From: Thalia democratica
Taxonomy: Eukaryota
Length of the DNA stretch: 64,000 nt
Reading direction: 5' to 3'
NCBI GenBank assembly: GCA_965202585.1
Contig: OZ241827.1
Span: forward strand, 77,624,001-77,688,000
This document shows positions 27,025 to 38,170 of the stretch, piece by piece. Made by a program: the position numbers and the translations under genes. The stretch's first letter is position 1, and the number at the start of each line of letters is the position of its first letter. The notes beneath the pieces were generated by a model. That model did no database searches. It saw only the letters and a list, made by a program, of their open reading frames with translations, and was not told where the DNA came from.

Positions 27025-27947
27025 ATATTCGTCAATGAAGATATCATTGATGACGTCGTAGCAACGATAACTGCTTTCGACAAGGACCAAGGCGCAGGGG
27101 GCGAGGTCAAGTACTCGTTGCTAAGCAACGAAGCGGACCAGCTGCCGTTTCAATTGGATGAGGACAGCGGTCGGCTGTCAGTGGTCGAACCAGGTCTGGA
27201 CTTTGAAGCCCGCCGTTCGTATGCCTTTGAAGTAGTTGCCAGGGACAACGGAACTCCTTCCCTAGCAACGAGCGTCGACGTCGCTGTCAAAGTGAGAGAC
27301 GTCAACGACTGTCGACCGCGGGTGGCGCTCAAGAGTTTGCATGACAACGTTGCGTTGCGTTGTCAAAGTGACGTCACGACAAAGTGCACTGCGAGCGTGT
27401 CGGAAGCAGAATGGAGAAACTTTTTTTTCGGAGGAGGGCATAGTAACGGTGGGGGCGACGGATAATGACGTTGCCAAGGGAAACGCGGCCCCTTTTAAAT
27501 TTAATCTCGACTCACAAATAGCAGGTTAAATAACTTGTTTGTTTTGTGTATACATTTATTTAGCTCAAACTTACTTATATAAGCATTTTAAAAAGCCCAT
27601 TTCAACTTATTAGTTAATGTACGGTATATCTTTTTATACATGAAACATAATTTTTTTTTTTTTTTATGAAGAAAAAATTAAAATAAAGTCATAGCTTAAA
27701 CCAAACACTTTTCTTTTAACAGGTGAATTTGTTTTTAATGACAAAAATGTGCTGATATCAAACAACCCGTACGAAATAGAAGACATTTCATCAGATAAAG
27801 CGGCTAAAACGTTCCATTTCACCATAACTGCTACTGACAGTGGAAATCTCGAATCTTTGCCTCTTTATTTAGAAGTTGTCATTTTGAAAGAAAGCAAGTA
27901 TCCACCGGTTTTGATCTCTCAAAAGATTCAAATTATGACTACTGAAG
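27025..27947 (+). CDS. FAT1/FAT3-like: Late cadherin-repeat exons E40 (27025-27524, one frameshift) and E41 (27723-27947)
   Basis: E40 is 500 nt where 3n+1 is needed. The frame switches between ...TASVSE and FFSEEGIVTVGATDND (27403-27428, which includes an 8-T run). E41 is in frame. Confidence 0.8.
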
Positions 27948-28138
27948 GTTTGTTCAAATATAAACTAATTTCGAGTATTATAAAAGGATTTTATTATAAC
28001 AACCAACATGTATACACGAAAAGATATATTAATAATTACCCAAACTTAGCTACCTTTTATACGACGGTCTTTATTTTACTGAATTGAATATTAATTATTC
28101 GTCTTAAACTAGTTTTTAGTTTTACTGTTCTGTTTCAG

Positions 28139-29889
28139 ATTACTTCAAAGGAGGAGTGATATCCTCAAAGCTGTACGCCACCGACAAGGACCCCAACGAC
28201 TTGCAGCGGCTCACTTTCAAGATCGACTCGCTCGCCGACTTCGAGTCGTTCACGGTGAACCCCCTCACCGGCAAGCTGTCGGCGACCAATGGCGTGCGAG
28301 GTCGCCACAACGTCACGATTGGCGTCAGCGATGGCAGCAGGTACTCGACGGGCCGGGTCGCCATCGAAGTGGTGAAAATTTCAAAGGAGTCGATTCAGAG
28401 TTCGGTCCAGGTCACTTTCGAGGGGATTTCCCCAGAAGCGTACCTTTCGACGGTTCACGGCAAATTTTTAGCGGCCCTCGGTGACATTCTTCCAAGGGGT
28501 TCGAACCCCGGTGAAAATGTGGAAATTTTGTCCTTGAAACGCATGAATGATTTCAATGCCCAGCTGGTGTTCAGCGTGAGGTCGCCGAAGCGTGAAGGCC
28601 AGTACCTGAAAGTCGGCCGCCAGCTGAAAGACTCGCTGCCGCTGCTCACCGAGAAGGCGGGGGTGAGGGTTACGGACGTCAGGGGGGAGGAGTGCGACCT
28701 CGAGTGCGCCCACGAGTGCCGGCACGACGTAATTGTGACGTTATCAGGGGAAAGTCCCGTCACCACGAAAAAGTGGAGCTTGCTGACCCCTCATTGGTTC
28801 GAACGCGAGGAGAAGTGCGTGTGCAGGAAAGGTCACGCGGGTGTGAATTGCGCTTCCGTTTGCGCTGGAGTAACGGACGTGTGCGAGGAAGTTGGCGGAA
28901 AGTGCGAGCTGGACGCGAACGAGGTGCGAGGCTACCGGTGCGCGCAGAAGAACCGAAGGAACAGCGCGGTTTCTTTCGGGGGAAATTCCCTGATCGAGTA
29001 CAAGCTGAACAACCCTGAAGTGTTCAGTTTGTCGCTGAGGTTCAGAAGCCGGCAGCGCGACGCAAAACTGCTGGAGGCCGCGGAAGAGTCGGGAGGCAGC
29101 TTGGCGCGCGTCAGCGTCGACGAAGGGAAACTGAAGCTGGAGTTCGCGTGCGGGTTGGACGGCGGAAACATGCAAACCATGGAAATGAGCGAGTCGGAAA
29201 TGAGCGACGGAAACTGGCATGACGTCACAATCGAACCCATTTCCGACAAAGATTGCGCTTATAGGTATGAAGTTTTTATTAATATTTACCATTAAAATTT
29301 TTATCAAGATTTTAATTGTATTTTCGTAAAAAACTTATGCTTGTTACTAGTAAGATATACTAAGTGATAGTTTTCTGGCTTAGAGTTTTATATTAGCTGC
29401 TTACTCTTATTATAACGACTTTTATTAATGCTAAAACATAACTACAAAAGATTGCGCTTAGATGTATTTAGCTTTAGTTTTCTATACTAGTTATTTAGTT
29501 CTTTATCAGTTAGTTTTATATGCTTTTCTTTGCTAACTGTTAAAAAGCATGCAATGGATCTAATTTTACCAATCAAGTTACGACATGCTATTGTTAGTAA
29601 ACATTTGCATGTACTATATATTGCTATATATTAACTATAACTAATTTTGATTATTCTAAATAAATTTTTACAGGTTGGTAGTAGACAGTAAATACGAGGC
29701 TACAGGAGCATTGGGTGAGAACAAAAAAAGAAAGTTGAAATTTGACAAACTTACACTGGGAGGATTAGATAAAAATAATGATGGTATGATTGGATGCATT
29801 GAAGAAATTAAAATTAACCAAATTTTAATTCAAGATCTTCTTCATTACAATAAATTGAGAATTACTAAGAAACAAGAAGTTCTTGATAG
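28139..29889 (+). CDS. FAT1/FAT3-like: Last cadherin repeat, non-cadherin/Cys-rich segment and laminin G domain (E42 28139-29264, E43 29674-29889)
   Basis: ORF 28156-29295: GGVISSKLYATDKDPND..., SVQVTFEGISPEAYL (Fat-type membrane-proximal segment), Cys-rich CVCRKGHAGVNC, then SFGGNSLIEY..LSLRFRSR..DGNWHDVTI and LTLGG..GMIGCIEEIKIN (LamG). Confidence 0.9.
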
Positions 29890-30089
29890 GTTAGTTTCTG
29901 TTTCTATACTCTTTATACGTTAGAAGAATATATGGTTATGCTAAATAAAAACTATACAAAATTCCTACTATGTTTTAAGAAAATGTATAAATCTAACTAT
30001 TTTGATGCAACATAGACATTTAGTTTTAATAAAATGAACTTCATTGAAGTATCAATAAACAATATGTTAAAATCTACCTAATTTTTCAG

Positions 30090-30629
30090 ATGTAGCATGG
30101 ATATTGGGTCTTGCGTGAATCATTTTTGTAGCAACGGCGGTAAATGCGGACTAGACATGTCTTTAGAGGGAAATTCCCCAATATGCAAGTGTAGTTCGGG
30201 TTATGCAGGGCCTGATTGTCGCAAAAGGAAGGTTTGTGAAGACTTGCCGTGCAAAAATAAAGGAATTTGCCATTCACAAGCTGTTGAAAGTTTTAGGTTG
30301 GTGAAATTTAAAATAGTTTTAGTTATTTCCTCGAATATTCAATACTTATTTTAATAAAAAAAGCTTAATCTGTTTTACAGATATGAACTTAATGTTTTTA
30401 TGAACTTGTTCTTTGCTCACTTTTAGTAATTAGTAGTACTTTACTTATAGGATATAAAACCATTAGTTTTATCATTATCACAGATGCGAATGTAAAGAAG
30501 GTTTTGGAGGAGAATTTTGTGACGTCATATGCAAGGAGGGGTTCACCGGAGTGAATTGTGACGTCATAATAAATAAATGTTTCAGTTACGATGAAAATTT
30601 TGCTTGCAACTGCTCTTTATCAAATGAAG
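30090..30629 (+). CDS. FAT1/FAT3-like: EGF-like repeats (E44 30090-30296, E45 30484-30629)
   Basis: CVNHFCSNGGKC..CKCSSGYAGPDC; CEDLPCKNKGIC..RCECKEGFGGEFC. Confidence 0.88.
30491..30568 (+). repeat. In-frame 39-bp (13-aa) tandem duplication in EGF exon E45
   Basis: tgtaaagaaggttttggaggagaattttgtgacgtcata / tgcaaggaggggttcaccggagtgaattgtgacgtcata = CKEGFGGEFCDVI / CKEGFTGVNCDVI. Confidence 0.8.
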
Positions 30630-31299
30630 GTAAGCTTTTTTACTATGGATATTTGCTTTGGATGTAGTAATATGTAACTACAAGCAACAAACTAATTTTG
30701 ACTGCAAACATATTCTAAAATTTTTATTATGTAAAAAATTTGCTGCTAATAAACGTAAAGTTTGAAGCTTTCATGAGAAATGCTTAAACATTTTTTTTTC
30801 ATAATATGTAAAGTTTATTGAAATAAAACACTATCTTATCTTAAAAAGACGTTATTTACTAATATTAAACATATATGCTTTTAAAAGCTTAAGACTTTAA
30901 ATTTCAACAGCAGTATTATAATCAACTACCAAAGTATAATTTGTTTAATATGGATTCTTAAAGACGACTTTATCGCTTGTTTATTAAAACTAATCCTGTT
31001 GTTTAAATAGGGATGTATTTTTGTCACGCAATATTTCTTTTTTTTGTATGTCACGCAAAAACTTACAAATCTATTATTTATTGAAAAGTAATAATAAGAA
31101 CGTAATAAAATACTATTTATTAGCTGTATGTGTAAAAAAATTATAAAAAAGTAGCATAAAAAGTACGTAGTTGAACTTGTAAAATTCATAGAAAAAAAAA
31201 GCTTAAACAATTGTAATGGTTTAAAATAGCTTATAAGTTCCAAGTTTAAAAGTTTTAGTTAAAAACTTCAAATCAACAAAATAATAATGATGCTAACAG

Positions 31300-31515
31300 G
31301 TTGCAAAACTATCCTAGAAAATCAGACTAACGCGAAGAAATCATCATTTCCTTATTTAATCCTCATAATTATTATTTTAATCGTCATAATCGTTGCCACC
31401 ATAGCAACTGCAGTCGGCTGCTACGTAAGAAGGAGGCGAGGAAAAAGAATGCGAACCGGAAGTACTATTTCCACTAAAGAAAAGTTTTATTTGACACAAC
31501 TGAAACACAGAGAAG
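31300..31515 (+). CDS. FAT1/FAT3-like: Transmembrane exon E46
   Basis: FPYLILIIIILIVIIVATIATAVGCYV followed by the basic stop-transfer stretch RRRRGKR. Confidence 0.9.
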
Positions 31516-31627
31516 GTTTAAACAGTTTACATTAATTAATTTTAAAGTTTATTATTATATAAGTCTTTGAAGTTTAATTCACTAAAAGCAGAAATATTAA
31601 CGATCTATAAAATGGTTTATTTCATAG

Positions 31628-34600
31628 ATCACTCGTCAGATGGAAACCAGTCGATTCCAAAGCCACCGATTCCTGCAAGACCTGTTGATTATCAGAGATG
31701 TTCAAGAGAAATTATTGACAGCATGGTTGAACAAGTAAATATAATTATTATTATATATTCAGTTCTTAGTTTACAGTTTGCATACTTCTAATTACTACAA
31801 TTTAACTATTTAATTATCTGTTTTTAAAAAATTTTCAGTTGAAAACCAACAATGAAATCAACAATTTATCATTAAAAAAATTAATTACATGTTTTAAAAT
31901 AATTTTTCAGGAGCTAAAGAACAGGAAACAGTCAAATGACGTATTCGACAAAAGTATGACGTCATTCCAGGACAATGAAAAATTGACGTCATACCAGGAT
32001 AGTGGAAAGCTAACGTCATTGGCTTCCGATTCAACTTCGTTTCAGAAAATTCCCATGTCTTGGACTGACTATGAGCACAATCATGTAAGTAGTATAATTG
32101 TTAACACCAAAAATATTAGCTCAATTTGAAGTTGTTATTTCTGTTAATTAATTATTATAGTTCACACCTGTAAACTGACACAATGGTTATTATATTATTT
32201 TAACTATAATTAAAAAAAAATACAATCTTTATATTTATAAGTATGATTAAATAAAATTTTAAGTTATTGTAAGCTTTCACTGACTGTTCATTAAAACTAT
32301 AATAACTTTTTTAAGTAGATATTTAATTTCGTTTAAACAAAATGCTTCAACTAATTTTTAAACCATCACAGTTCAGCGGAAGTATATCTGGTTGTTCGTC
32401 TTACAGCAAAAGAACTCCGATCCCGTCTGCGAAATCACCGAAACTGTTCACCAGGATTCCCAGATTTCAGCAGCAGTCAGTTCACAAAGTAGCAAGCAAG
32501 CAGTCCATTGCAGAACAGCGTAAGTTTTATAACAGTAGTCGAGTGGTAGTCAGGCGTAGATTGATTCTTTATTAACTTTTTCAGTTGACTTCCTTGTTTT
32601 ATATATTATTTTAATACACTTTTCTATTTATTTTTAGCAGTGTTTTAGACTCTAATAATAATATGATTTTTTTGGAAAACATTTAAAAAATCCAATAGTT
32701 TTAAAGATTTTTTTTTATTTGAAAAACATGTTAGTTCTCACTTTTTAAAATTCTTATAATGTAAAATTTTCTTTAAGACTTGATCTCTTATCATGTATAA
32801 TTGTTATTAAATTAATTCAATCACTGTTTTAAAATTTTAACAGTATGTTAGCTAGACGTAGATATACACTGATTTTGTTTTAATTTTTCAGTAAAACTTT
32901 ATAATTTTTAGATTTTCAAATTTTTAACATTTATTTTACTTTATTGTATCTTTTGAAAAAATTTTTGATTCGTAACGTATTTTTATTACAAGATATACTT
33001 ACAAGTTTAAAAATTTTTAATATCTAATTTCAGTTCTAAACAAAGTTAAAAAAATATTAATTTTTAATTAGAACATCTTTAAAATGTAAATTTTGTAACT
33101 TTGTTTTTTTTTCTCACTGTTTTCTTAACTAAAATTTGTTTAACCACAGTTTTGTAATTCTAAACAGTTGGAAGAAAACCAAAAAAATTGAATTTAGCAG
33201 AATTCAACCGTAATACAGGTCTATAAATAAAAAGCTTGGTTATGGTGTTTTTTGTACAAATTTAGCATGTACTCAAAAACGTGGTGTTAATCATTATAAT
33301 AAATAACTTCAACTGTTTTTTTCTGAAATTATCTGAATTTTGAAAGTTACTTGTTTATGCTAACTTTCAAATAATTTAACATGAAAGACTTAAAATTACA
33401 TAAAACATTGAAAAATAATTTTGATTTCATATAGCTAGGTATATCCAGTTATAAGCTTTTGCTTTATGTTTCAAAATTTAAAGATAAGTATGTCAACTAT
33501 TATTATCTATCCTGTTATACTTAGTGGTTTTACATATGTTGTACTGTTGTTTGTTTTTAAGTTTCATTTTAAAACTTTCATCTAAATGAAAAATTTCTAA
33601 GTTTACCATGGTTATTAAAAAAATTTAATGTTAAACTTTATTGTTTAATGTTAAAACTTTTAATGTTAGTAAAAGTGTTAATTTATCTGGCTTCAAAAAT
33701 TTTTAGTTTTTATTCTAAACGTATTTTTTTAAACTCAAATGATAACACTTATTTTAACTGCTCTTCATTTTTAGCATGTAAATTATTAAGTTGTGATGAA
33801 TTTTATATTTCGTACAAAACAAAAGTTATTAATGGTTTTATTAGGCTGTTATTTTGTAATTCGAAATATAACTTGTTACTTTTATTACGAAATCTCAAAG
33901 CATGTTGATAAATCTCATAGCATGTTGTTTTTGCATGTGTATTATCATGTAACTTGCATTTATTTCAGTATGTTATATTAGGTTTTTCTATACATGTTTT
34001 TTTTTTTACAAGAAGTTGTTTTATTAATTGCATATTTTGAAAAGAAAACTAGTTATCTAAATATTTAATAAAATGATTCTTAAGAACCGATTAACTCTTT
34101 AAACTCAATGAGAAAATGTTAACTTTTTATTTTTAACTTAAAAAGAAACTTTAAATAAGTTGTAAAAGTCTCTAAAACTCAATTATAAAATTTGACGAAT
34201 CCTTTTTAATACTTAAATAATTTTATTCACCAGATTACGCATGGGACGTTTCTGATTGGATTAAAAACAACTCGTCGGCGGCCAATCACGTTCCTGAACA
34301 CGTGACGTCAGTACCAGTGAGGCTGAACAACAGATCCGACGGTGTGACGTCATCAAACAATCGCGTGACAGCACATTACAACTTGGCTGGTAGAAAACCG
34401 AAAAGGAAGGGGAGAAAATGCAGCGACGCTTCCACAACAGATTCAAAACTGGTTTGTATAAATTTATAAACTTAAAAAGTTTTATAAGTATAAATATATA
34501 TATCTAGACACAAAATAGACAAGTGAATGTTGATAAAACTAAACATTTGAAGCTTTTATATAATAAGTATATAAATATTTACGTAAGTTACAAGTCAAGA

Positions 34601-35169
34601 TCATTAAATGACAAAGTAATTATTTATTAGTTTTGATTCGAGTATTTATTTTTTCAAACCAGATACGTCATCCGCAAGACGACGAAAGCTCCCAGTATGA
34701 CGTCAGTAGCGAGGTTACGACGGCTGCCAGGCAACCCGGGCGCCTATTACGTAGCAACTATGACGTCACCAACCCCCGATTCGAACCTTCGAACATCCTG
34801 CCATCCGTTTCCATGGAGCACGAGCGTTTCTCAATGGACGAAAAAATCTCTGAGGCCTCGGAGGATTTCTATGACGACACGGACGAGTACGAAATTTCCG
34901 CTCCGATGCCCACCGACATTATGACGTCACTTTTGGAGGGCGAGATGGAGGTGGACATGCCGACTCCGGCGAGGGCGCGCAAAAACAAGTTTCACCCCGA
35001 CCAGTACCTACCCGCCGTCGTCACCATGGCAACCAGTTCCTCGTCGTCGGTCGACGGTGACGTCACTGTACAGTTGCTTGGCAACCAGCTGCAGATGTCG
35101 TCGCTTTCCGACTTGGAAGAAGATGACGTCAACAATTCGTTGATGTTACGTCATAATGACAACGCTTGA
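31628..35169 (+). CDS. FAT1/FAT3-like: Cytoplasmic-tail exons E47-E51, ending at TGA 35167-35169
   Basis: Exons 31628-31734, 31911-32084, 32372-32519, 34234-34451 and 34663-35169, all phase-consistent. Motifs PPIPARPVDY, HYAWDVSDW (spanning the E49/E50 junction) and KFHPDQYLP. Confidence 0.85.
31956..32024 (+). repeat. In-frame 27-bp (9-aa) tandem repeat, about 2.5 units, in cytoplasmic exon E48
   Basis: atgacgtcattccaggacaatgaaaaa / ttgacgtcataccaggatagtggaaag / ctaacgtcattggct = MTSFQDNEK / LTSYQDSGK / LTSLA. Confidence 0.75.
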
Positions 35170-35240
35170 AAAACTTTACTTTTGAGAAACATTCCCTCTT
35201 TTCTCGTTTTCAGTGTCGAAGTATTTTTGCTGCTGCTTGA

Positions 35241-35646
35241 AATAAATAAAAGTTTTAATGAAAGCAGCTTGACGGAAAGCCTTTTAATTTTTGCTGTGAT
35301 TTGAGGCTTCATTTTTTTAATTACTTTAAATATAAAGCTTACATTTTGACATACAAAAGATTTACCTTTTCTAAATAATTTTTCAGTTACCTTTTATAAA
35401 TAAAATAGCGTTTTTGTTACTAAGTACTTTTTTCTGTTGTTCGTTTTTTTAAATCAGTTTTTTACAGTAAAGTTACTAAGGTACTCTCTAGTTTTTATCA
35501 TCATCCTGTTAATACAAATAAAAGTGCCTGGAAAAAAATTTCAAATATTCAAGAAGTTTGAATATGTGGGTATTTGTTAATCGAACATGAGTTGATGTTA
35601 TATGTGTATTGTGACTGTTTCAAAATTGTGATGTTAAACAAATAAA
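35241..35646 (+). terminator. Candidate polyadenylation signals in the 3' UTR
   Basis: AATAAA at 35241, 35245, 35517 and 35641 downstream of the stop codon. AATAAA is common by chance in this AT-rich DNA, so which one is used is unknown. Confidence 0.3.
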
Positions 35647-38170
35647 CATAAATCATCTAAATAGTTTTTTATTTATACTGTAAGTCTTTTGATTTTTTTT
35701 TTAGTTGTTTATATGTTTAACATTTGATAACGAATATTAAAATACCTAAATGGTTTAAGCTTATAGGCATATTTGAAAACTGCATGATTTAGGTTGAACA
35801 TTATTATAATTTTATTTCAGTGTTAAATTTTATAAAACAACTATTAAATAAGTTGTTTTAATTTACTCTCAATAAATTAAACCATTTTATACTCTTGTTT
35901 CAATTTAAATTGAAGTTTAAACCACTTTATGTTGCAAGTTTTCTTTTGTAAGTAATAACTGAACATAAACTTCTAAAATCTGTTCAAACTCATTAATATT
36001 AAGTCGCTAGAAGACTATAAAGAAAATAAGAATGACTTTTGTTTTTTTAATTTAAAGCACGTTTTGATACTAAAAAGATTTATTTTAAGTTTTCTGAACC
36101 CTTAATTAAAACACTATTGGCTAATTTTTCAGTTATACTTGGTCGATTTCAAAATGCATTTATACTGTCAAATTATGTAGTGAGAAATAAAACATCGATA
36201 TTCTTTCGGTTTGCACTTAAGCTAGTTTGACCTTTTGGTTAGTTCGTTTGTTATGATGTAAAAATGAACCCGTTTTGATCTTAAATAAAAGCTATAAAAT
36301 TATACTTTGACTACTAAAAATAATTTTCGAACTCCAAAATAAATTCCTTGAATATTGAAACTAGTAACATCTAGTACCAAAGTGTTTAAAATCAAGATTT
36401 TAAAACAAACTAAAACTTTTATTTGGCTTTGATATACGTGTAACACAGTTATAATCATTTTATTTCTGTAAACAATTTTTTATATTGATTGTCAAGAAAT
36501 AAAAACCATTATAACCTTTTTGCTACCTGAAAAAAACATCTAAACACCAACTTAATCAAATTTTTAATTTTTAAATACGTTGATTAGAAAGTAAGGTTCC
36601 ATACGCAATTATAACGTTCTAAAGTCTTCTTGGAAGAATTTATTTATAAAAAATATCAAGGACTTCAATGGTTTGTCACAAGAAACGAATATAAACATGT
36701 ATAAAGAAACAAAATGGTTAGTATATTTTTATTGCAATTTAAAATGTATCTAAAGGAAAAAACTAAATAAAAACTAAGTAGCTACTTTTTAGTAAAACCT
36801 AATTAATTTATCTAAATGGTTATTAATAATAAAAATATGTGTTTGTCGGAATGCTAAATACTACTTTTTCTTATTTTCTTTCCTATAATTAAATGATTAA
36901 GTTATTTTATTGCTGTAATGTAATTTAAGTTTATCAAACTTTTTATTTATAATTTTTTATCTAAAATATATCTTGAATATTTTCGTAGTTTGAATTTTTA
37001 TTCAACGTTTTGATTATACTAATCTCTTTTTGTCGATGAAAAAAACTCCCAGAACTTCACTTTAAATAAAATTAAACTTTACAATGATGACGTAGAAATC
37101 AACATGCATAAAATTTCTAAAAATTTTTGGTATCATTTTTACTTTATAAATAGACTTTTGAACTTGAATAAAATTTTGTAGGGAGTGTACTTTCTAATTT
37201 TTTCAAATAGTTAAAAATATAAAATACAAATTAGTCAACTTAGTATGTAGATAATTTTTAAGACTTTGAATTTATAATAACTAAGAGATATTTTACAACC
37301 ACTTAGCAAACAACTAATTTTTGAACAAGTTTAATCTTAAGTATATTTTTAGTAAATATTTTAAACGCTAAAATTAACATTTGTTTTTTTTTGATACTAC
37401 GCTTAAAATTTAAACTTTTTAAACAGAATGAAATTCTACTTATTCATTTGATTGCTTACCAGAAATGCGAGAGAATTAATTTGAGAGAAATTAAAAAAAA
37501 GAGAAACGAAATGAAGCATATCATAGTTTGCCGGCAGTTTTATGATTATAAACTACAAAGAACAAAATATGTTTCAGTGTTCACGGTATCTTAAATTAAA
37601 CATTAATCATTACAAAATAAACGTTCGAAGTTTGGTCTAATCGACTTAAATATAAAACGTGTCGTTTTTTTAAAAAATATTCTAAGTTTCTCTTTTTCAA
37701 GTTTAAATTTTTTTTTTCTCAACATCATAAATTAACAAAACATTGTTTTAAACATTTTAGACTTTTTTAAATTGAACCTCTTACGAACACTTTAATATTT
37801 GTTTTTTTAAACAAACTCATTTTTTATCAAAAATCTAAACAAACGTTCCGCATGAGTGAGTAGAGTCGAACAGGTACAATACTCGGTGAATTAACGGGAG
37901 AAAATCCGAAAAAATCCCACGTTACTTGCCAAATTGTGGATTATAAATCTAAAAGCTGACTAACTTATTAAACTGTGGGTGGTGTGATCGCTTTAGTTTT
38001 ATTAAATTTGCGCACGAGACAGGATCAGCAGATCATAAAAAGTGCGTAGGTCAAAAATGTTATTATGTATGACAGAGACCTAAAATTTTCTAATGGCTTA
38101 CTTAAGTTTGTTTAAATAACGAAATAAAATTAACGGTCCTGGAAAGAAAAATTTCACTTATTTTAGTAAC

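Larger units (their letters stand above)
80..35169 (+). pseudogene. FAT1/FAT3-like: Fat-like (Fat1/2/3 clade) atypical cadherin gene, copy A; 51 exons, 5' end not in window; disrupted as assembled
   Basis: Manual splicing gives GT-AG exons with consistent phases: cadherin repeats (LDRE/LDYE, DxNDN, AxDxD) -> Cys-rich + single LamG -> EGFs -> TM -> tail. From memory of vertebrate FAT1/FAT3: YDIIDGSGKGVFRVD...SLDRETEKYYWLT resembles FAT1 YSIRDGSGVGVF...LDRESTSHYWLT, and YAWDVSDW / FHPDQYLP resemble the YHWDxSDW / (F)xxxQYLP tail motifs. One LamG argues against the Fat4/Drosophila ft type. In-frame stops at 256, 298, 12619, 12643 and 18900, plus several frameshifts. Confidence 0.85.

Noticed and set aside
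29182-29211. 15-bp direct repeat in LamG (gaaatgagcga x2; EMSES/EMSDG)
   Set aside because: Only two short units; plausible minor slippage with no evident consequence.
27150-29307. Long minus-strand and alternate-frame ORFs (27150-27347, 27262-27477, 28140-28364, 28455-28766, 28744-29307, 28932-29249, 28692-29018)
   Set aside because: They are shadows of GC-rich cadherin/LamG exons, where stop codons are rare; no recognisable protein features.
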